Shown here piece by piece: positions 60,812-64,000 of a DNA stretch of 64,000 bases. Source of the stretch: a virus; IMG/VR virus record IMGVR_UViG_3300047319_000532, one strand, 5' to 3'. A program made the position numbers and the translations under genes. The notes under the pieces were generated by a model. The model did no database searches and was not told where the DNA came from. It saw nothing but the letters and a program-made list of their open reading frames with translations. Position 1 is the first letter of the stretch, and each line of letters opens with the position of its first letter.

Positions 60812-61180
60812 TTAGTGACCCGCGACGCCGCCACCGACAGCGATCACGCTCGAGCCGCCCGACGTGGTCGAACCGGCGATGCCATTGCCCGAAGACGCGG
60901 CAAGGGTGCTGGAGGTGGACGAAGCCGTGCCAGCTCCGCCACCGCCCGCGATGGACGGACCGAAGAAGCCGCCAACGGCGACGCCGCCACCACCGGCAAC
61001 GCCGGTCGCGCCAGCGGTCGTGCCGCCGATCGCGGAGGCATGACCCAGCGAGCCCGTCACGGTCGTGGAGTGCGAGTTGGTGATGACGGCCCCGCCGCCA
61101 ACGCCGAACGCAGTGACCTGCGCGAAAGCCGGAGCCGCGAACAGAGCCAGCGCGCTGGCGAGAACAAGGATCTTTTTCAT
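60812..61180 (-). CDS. secreted Gly/Ser/Thr/Ala-rich protein
   Basis: ATG 61180 inside track ORF 60812..61249. Signal peptide MKKILVLASALALFAAPAFA, the remainder is low-complexity Gly-rich. Confidence 0.6.
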   Translation of the reverse strand: MKKILVLASALALFAAPAFAQVTAFGVGGGAVITNSHSTTVTGSLGHASAIGGTTAGATGVAGGGGVAVGGFFGPSIAGGGGAGTASSTSSTLAASSGNGIAGSTTSGGSSVIAVGGGVAGH

Positions 61181-61245
61181 GCGTATTTTCCTTAACTTCA
61201 CGTGAATTACCGGGGAGACCGCCCCGGCGCGGATTCCTTTCAAGA

Positions 61246-61490
61246 CCACTGGCCAACCTGAAACCGCGTAGGAAGGGTCGGCCAGTGGCTTGCTTGCTTT
61301 CGTGCTAGACCCGTTCAGTAAAATCCAACACGCCTCGGCTCTCCACAGAGGGACGCAAGTTCGAAACTCATGGCCGCCGATCTGGGAGGGGTCAAGCCCT
61401 TCTCCCTACGCGATCGGCGGCCAGCTTGCTTTCGTGGCAGCTGATGAGCTAACCCGCCACGCCCGCCAGTTGCAAAAGCGGGGACGCAAG
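61246..61490. repeat. tandem pair of ~130-nt structured non-coding units
   Basis: Each unit has a long GC hairpin (61246-61288; 61372-61422), then CTTGCTTTCGTG (61293-61304; 61425-61436), ~45 variable nt and GGGACGCAAG (61350-61359; 61481-61490). ACGCAAG can pair with CTTG..CGT. Confidence 0.5.
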
Positions 61491-61491
61491 A

Positions 61492-62286
61492 TTAGTTGGA
61501 GGCCATCTTCACGCAGACGCCCGCGTCAGCGGACTTGCGCGCCCCCTTTTCGCCGCAAGAGGCGACGACATACTGGTGCCCTTTCTTGTCGAAGTAAGCG
61601 GCGGCCTTCAGATCGGTCGCCTTCAGCTCACGAGACTTTTCGCCGGGGACCGGGCCATGGTACTCGCCCTTGAAGACCGGGTGGCCATAGGGCTCGGCGA
61701 CGGCGACCGTGGCATAGCGACCGACGCGGCAGCGGACGCCGCCAGCGGTCATCGAGACGGCCAGCTCATCGTCCATACAGAGCGTCTGCAACGCGGCTTC
61801 GCGCTGTCCAAAAGCCCACAAGGTACGGGCATTGAGCCTTTTGTTGCAGGGGCCATCCTGCCAAGGAAAACCCAGCGCGCCGCCGCCTCCCACAGCGGCA
61901 CCGCCCAGCGAGACGGAGCCGTTGCAGGACTCGATGCCCGCGGCGCTCATGCCGGGCGCAAACACCGCCGGGGACTGGCCGGTGGTGGTCGAGTTGAAAG
62001 TGTTGGTGTTGGCCGCGCCAGACTGGTTGGCGTTGACCGAACGGACGCCGACATTCTGGCTCGAATTGATCCGCGAATTGACGTTGGAGCGCGAGGCCGA
62101 ATTGGAGTTGGAGTTTGCCCCGGAGAACGCGGTGTTGCGATTGTTCTGGACGGGGTCGGCGACAGCAGCGGAGCTGGAGCGCGAGTTGGAGATACCGGTT
62201 CCGACGCCGATGGCGTTCTGCGCCAGCGAAGGGGTGACGCCGATCGCGATCATCGCGAAAGCGGTAGCAATGCTCTTAACTTTCAT
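61492..62286 (-). CDS. secreted Asn/Ser-rich protein with Cys-containing C-terminal domain
   Basis: 264 aa. Signal peptide MKVKSIATAFAMIAIGVTPSLA, an N/S-rich ~100-aa region, then a globular part with 6 Cys. Confidence 0.65.
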   Translation of the reverse strand: MKVKSIATAFAMIAIGVTPSLAQNAIGVGTGISNSRSSSAAVADPVQNNRNTAFSGANSNSNSASRSNVNSRINSSQNVGVRSVNANQSGAANTNTFNSTTTGQSPAVFAPGMSAAGIESCNGSVSLGGAAVGGGGALGFPWQDGPCNKRLNARTLWAFGQREAALQTLCMDDELAVSMTAGGVRCRVGRYATVAVAEPYGHPVFKGEYHGPVPGEKSRELKATDLKAAAYFDKKGHQYVVASCGEKGARKSADAGVCVKMASN

Positions 62287-62326
62287 ACTTTCTTCCTCCG
62301 GTGTCCATGGCGATGGCCATGTTTCT

Positions 62327-62566
62327 TCATGATTCGGCTATAGTCAAGTCAGGTTCTGTTTCCCCAATGTCATACTTCACGCCACAAAAGGGGCAGAACG
62401 TCGGAACTACGAGTGGCAGTTTTTGCGGCCCGTAGCGATTAATTTTTTCAGTCGATAGCAGCGTAGGAATCGCCACCAAATGACCTCTGACGATGCGGAA
62501 AGCGCAAGCCAGCCTAGTGTTCTTTTCAACCAGCATCTCGTTCATGTTGCTGGCGCAGTCACACAT
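62327..62566 (-). CDS. small Cys-motif (zinc-ribbon-like) protein
   Basis: ATG 62566 (MCDCASNMNEML...FCPFCGVKYD) inside track ORF 62327..62596. TAGaATG coupling to the upstream gene. Confidence 0.55.
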   Translation of the reverse strand: MCDCASNMNEMLVEKNTRLACAFRIVRGHLVAIPTLLSTEKINRYGPQKLPLVVPTFCPFCGVKYDIGETEPDLTIAES

Positions 62567-62567
62567 T

Positions 62568-62723
62568 CTAGTGCTTCCCCAAGATCCAGCCGCCAAAGAC
62601 CCATCCGGCTGCGCCGAACGCGATGATGTCGATGGCGATCAGCAGGATCAGCGCGGTCCCGATCATGCGATCGTTCCGGCTCATGTGCCGTTCCAACTGT
62701 TCTAGTTGCTCGGCGTCGATCAT
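62568..62723 (-). CDS. small membrane protein (51 aa)
   Basis: Hand-read MIDAEQLEQLERHMSRNDRMIGTALILLIAIDIIAFGAAGWVFGGWILGKH. ATGA overlap with the MazG stop. Confidence 0.5.
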   Translation of the reverse strand: MIDAEQLEQLERHMSRNDRMIGTALILLIAIDIIAFGAAGWVFGGWILGKH

Positions 62724-63184
62724 CCGTGCAGCCTCGTCCTGAAGCCCAGCTTTTCGCTGGTCGCATTGAATTTTTCGAAGATGGCCCGGTCAAGGTCGAT
62801 GCCAGACTTGATGGCCAGCAGCGAGACGTAGATCACCACATCGGCCAGTTCAGTGGCCAGATCGGCGATGGTGGCGCGCGAGCCCTCGAGGCCAAGGCGT
62901 TCACGCTCGAGCTTTTTGACGACGTTGCAGGCTTCGCCCATCTCACCGGCGGCGGCGTTGCCGAAGTAGGACAGGTCGAGCTTGTCGCTGTTTTTCCATT
63001 CGAGCTGGCGGGCGATGTTGGCCTGCTCCAGCGTGTCATAGAAAATGGGCGGATTCTGCTCGGGCTCGAGCTTCCCCTTCGTCTCTTCGATGGCGTCAGC
63101 GATCATGCGGTAGGCAACGCCATGAGCCAATCCCGCCTGCTGGGAAAGGACGGTGGCGGCGGCTACGATTTCCACGTGCTTCAT
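62720..63184 (-). CDS. mazG: MazG-like nucleoside triphosphate pyrophosphohydrolase
   Basis: AAGEMGEACNVVKKLERERLGL...LATELADVVIYVSLLAIKSGIDLDRAIFEKFN is the all-alpha NTP-PPase (MazG) signature. Confidence 0.75.
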   Translation of the reverse strand: MKHVEIVAAATVLSQQAGLAHGVAYRMIADAIEETKGKLEPEQNPPIFYDTLEQANIARQLEWKNSDKLDLSYFGNAAAGEMGEACNVVKKLERERLGLEGSRATIADLATELADVVIYVSLLAIKSGIDLDRAIFEKFNATSEKLGFRTRLHG

Positions 63185-63387
63185 TTCGCGTTTTCCTTGT
63201 TGACGATGACCAAGTCGCGGCGGATTTTCTGACGCCGGGCGGCCTCAATGTCAGCGGCCCAGTTGTCAATGTTGTGTTTCATGTAGCAGCGGGCGCGGGC
63301 CAGCACGGATTCAAGGTCGGGACAGTCATCGAGCGCCTTGCACATGGCCACGATGTTGGCTTCTCTTTCGACGTAAGGCGATGCCAT
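63181..63387 (-). CDS. hypothetical protein
   Basis: ATG 63387 (TAAcATG coupling), inside track ORF 63181..63408. Confidence 0.5.
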   Translation of the reverse strand: MASPYVEREANIVAMCKALDDCPDLESVLARARCYMKHNIDNWAADIEAARRQKIRRDLVIVNKENAK

Positions 63388-63388
63388 G

Positions 63389-63598
63389 TTAAGCGGTCTC
63401 TCTTGCATTTCGGATGAATCGCCGCGTCAGGGCGATGGTGTTGGCGAGGCCGCGGTAATCCGACGACGTTTTGGGGCAGACGATCATTGGGATGCCGGGG
63501 GCTCTGATCTTGAAGTTTTTCCCGAACGTCACCTCTGGTTGGTGGCCAGCTTGCACGAGCAGCTCCACCGCGGCTTTGGCTTCCTTGGATAGCCTCAT
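63389..63598 (-). CDS. hypothetical protein, weak HicA-like pattern
   Basis: Internal ATG 63598 of track ORF 63389..63679. ELLVQAGHQPEVTFGKNFKIRAPGIPMIVCPKTSSDYRGLANTIALTRRFI loosely follows the HicA layout. Not verified. Confidence 0.45.
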   Translation of the reverse strand: MRLSKEAKAAVELLVQAGHQPEVTFGKNFKIRAPGIPMIVCPKTSSDYRGLANTIALTRRFIRNARETA

Positions 63599-63600
63599 GG

Positions 63601-63825
63601 TCAGCGCACCAAGCCGCAGGAGCCGCTGCGCTCGGAACTGACGAGCCAAGCCATGCAGTCTTTGCCGACGCACCGGCACAGCTCCCTGTCCTGTGCAAAA
63701 GAAGTCTGGGATGTCATGCGGTCGCCGCGGTTGGTGATGGTTAGAGAATCAATGTTTGGGGCTGCACTGACGCTGGTGAAAGGGCACCATTTTTCTTTGG
63801 CCTCTTTTTCTAAAATCACTGCCAC
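63601..63825 (-). CDS. Cys-motif protein (WCPF...CRCVGKDCMAW...GSCGL), paralog of 22669..22956
   Basis: 74 aa, GTG start after gaaggagaacggc. Confidence 0.6.
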   Translation of the reverse strand: MAVILEKEAKEKWCPFTSVSAAPNIDSLTITNRGDRMTSQTSFAQDRELCRCVGKDCMAWLVSSERSGSCGLVR

Positions 63826-63850
63826 GCCGTTCTCCTTCGGTGTCGTAGCG

Positions 63851-63874
63851 CCGGGAGGACGAGACGCCTCCCGG
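63851..63874 (-). terminator. GC hairpin after the partial upstream gene
   Basis: CCGGGAGG(63851-63858)/CCTCCCGG(63867-63874). An alternative 11-bp stem is GACGAGACGCC/GGCGTCTCGTC (63858-63868 / 63891-63901). Confidence 0.4.
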
Positions 63875-63886
63875 GCATTGCATATT

Positions 63887-64000
63887 TCAGGGCGTCTCGT
63901 CAGTGGCCTCCATGTCGGCGACCACGCCCAAATCCAAGTTCAACTTGAGGCTGATCCTGAAAGTCTTGAAGAAAGTCTTGAGGAAGGCGAGAATTTCGAA
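63887..64000 (-). CDS. 3' end of a leftward gene continuing beyond the window
   Basis: Open frame from nt 64000 down to the stop at 63889-63887: ...FEILAFLKTFFKTFRISLKLNLDLGVVADMEATDETP*. Confidence 0.5.
   Translation of the reverse strand, partial: FEILAFLKTFFKTFRISLKLNLDLGVVADMEATDETP

Noticed and set aside
60707-61256. Plus-strand ORF 60707..61195 and minus-strand alternative frame 60807..61256 over the Gly-rich gene
   Set aside because: These are Arg/Gly-rich alternative frames of the same GC-rich repeat DNA. The chosen frame has an RBS and a canonical signal peptide.
61350-61359. GGGACGCAAG resembling the GGGACGCAAAGCC block of c-di-GMP-I (GEMM) riboswitches
   Set aside because: Only this one block is similar. 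The upstream ACGCACAGGGCAAACC-type block is missing. The motif is also on the plus strand, where there is no downstream gene to regulate. It remains part of the open structured-element finding.
61356-61368. GTTCGAAAC resembling a tRNA T-loop
   Set aside because: No flanking T-stem complementarity, and no acceptor, anticodon or D arms could be drawn.
61441-61448. CUGAUGAG (hammerhead ribozyme core) inside the second structured unit
   Set aside because: No correctly placed GAAA or stem II/III partners on the same strand, and the first unit lacks the motif at the equivalent position.
63389-63679. Toxin-antitoxin (HicA/HicB) pair in the leftward arm
   Set aside because: Only a loose HicA-like pattern in one ORF. 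No HicB-like partner is recognisable, so it stays a low-confidence note.
1-64000. Calling the region an integrated prophage
   Set aside because: No integrase, excisionase, CI-type repressor, att-like direct repeats, tRNA or flanking host genes are visible. It may equally be part of a virulent phage genome.

Overview
GC-rich, almost wall-to-wall coding double-stranded DNA phage (or prophage) segment. I saw no rRNA, tRNA, CRISPR array, integrase or att site, so free phage versus prophage cannot be decided from this window. All family names are from reading the translations by eye; no searches were run.

Layout:
- 1-14312, rightward: replication/early module. It holds a Cas4-like PD-(D/E)XK nuclease (5'-partial), a DUF2815-type SSB, an MT-A70 m6A methylase flanked by small winged-helix-like proteins, a family A DNA polymerase, about 25 small early ORFs driven by two near-identical promoters, and a Prim-Pol/P-loop primase-helicase.
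- 14313-14912: AT-rich non-coding region with about 10 copies of a 10-mer iteron and two 33-nt hairpins. This is a candidate replication origin. It also carries a small low-GC ORF and a bidirectional terminator.
- 14942-16708, leftward: a DUF932 cassette. Its two promoters each carry a perfect TTATCCACA DnaA box exactly 25 bp upstream of the -35.
- 16813-18978, rightward: small genes.
- 18981-57414, rightward: packaging and virion module. In order: TerS, TerL, an accessory islet with a DUF2829/Tad2-like protein, the portal, an unusual 7-kb block (1506-aa protein, membrane protein, basic GG-motif protein with a poly-proline tract, Pro/His repeat protein), then a GroES-like protein, scaffold, capsid, a 1436-aa tail fibre with a C-terminal S74 chaperone, a GH19 endolysin plus holin-like gene, adaptor/nozzle-like proteins, and internal/ejection proteins. 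One ejection protein has an internal S74 domain and a C-terminal lytic transglycosylase.
- 57389-58078, leftward: mini-operon ending in two tiny hydrophobic peptides.
- 58114-59121: tail-collar fibre.
- 59102-64000, leftward: accessory arm. It holds a GcrA homologue, four signal-peptide proteins including a TIGR02594/CHAP-like hydrolase, a tandem structured non-coding element, MazG and small Cys-motif proteins.

The GcrA homologue points to an alphaproteobacterial host.

Best candidates for something undescribed:
1. The portal-scaffold 7-kb block and the [K/R/H/A]-x-G-G-[K/R] motif shared by virion-module proteins.
2. The leftward accessory arm with its tandem structured RNA-like element.
3. 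The palindrome-bearing promoter family plus DnaA boxes around the DUF932 cassette.
4. A secreted 4-Cys mini-peptide flanked by tiny membrane peptides in the early operon.
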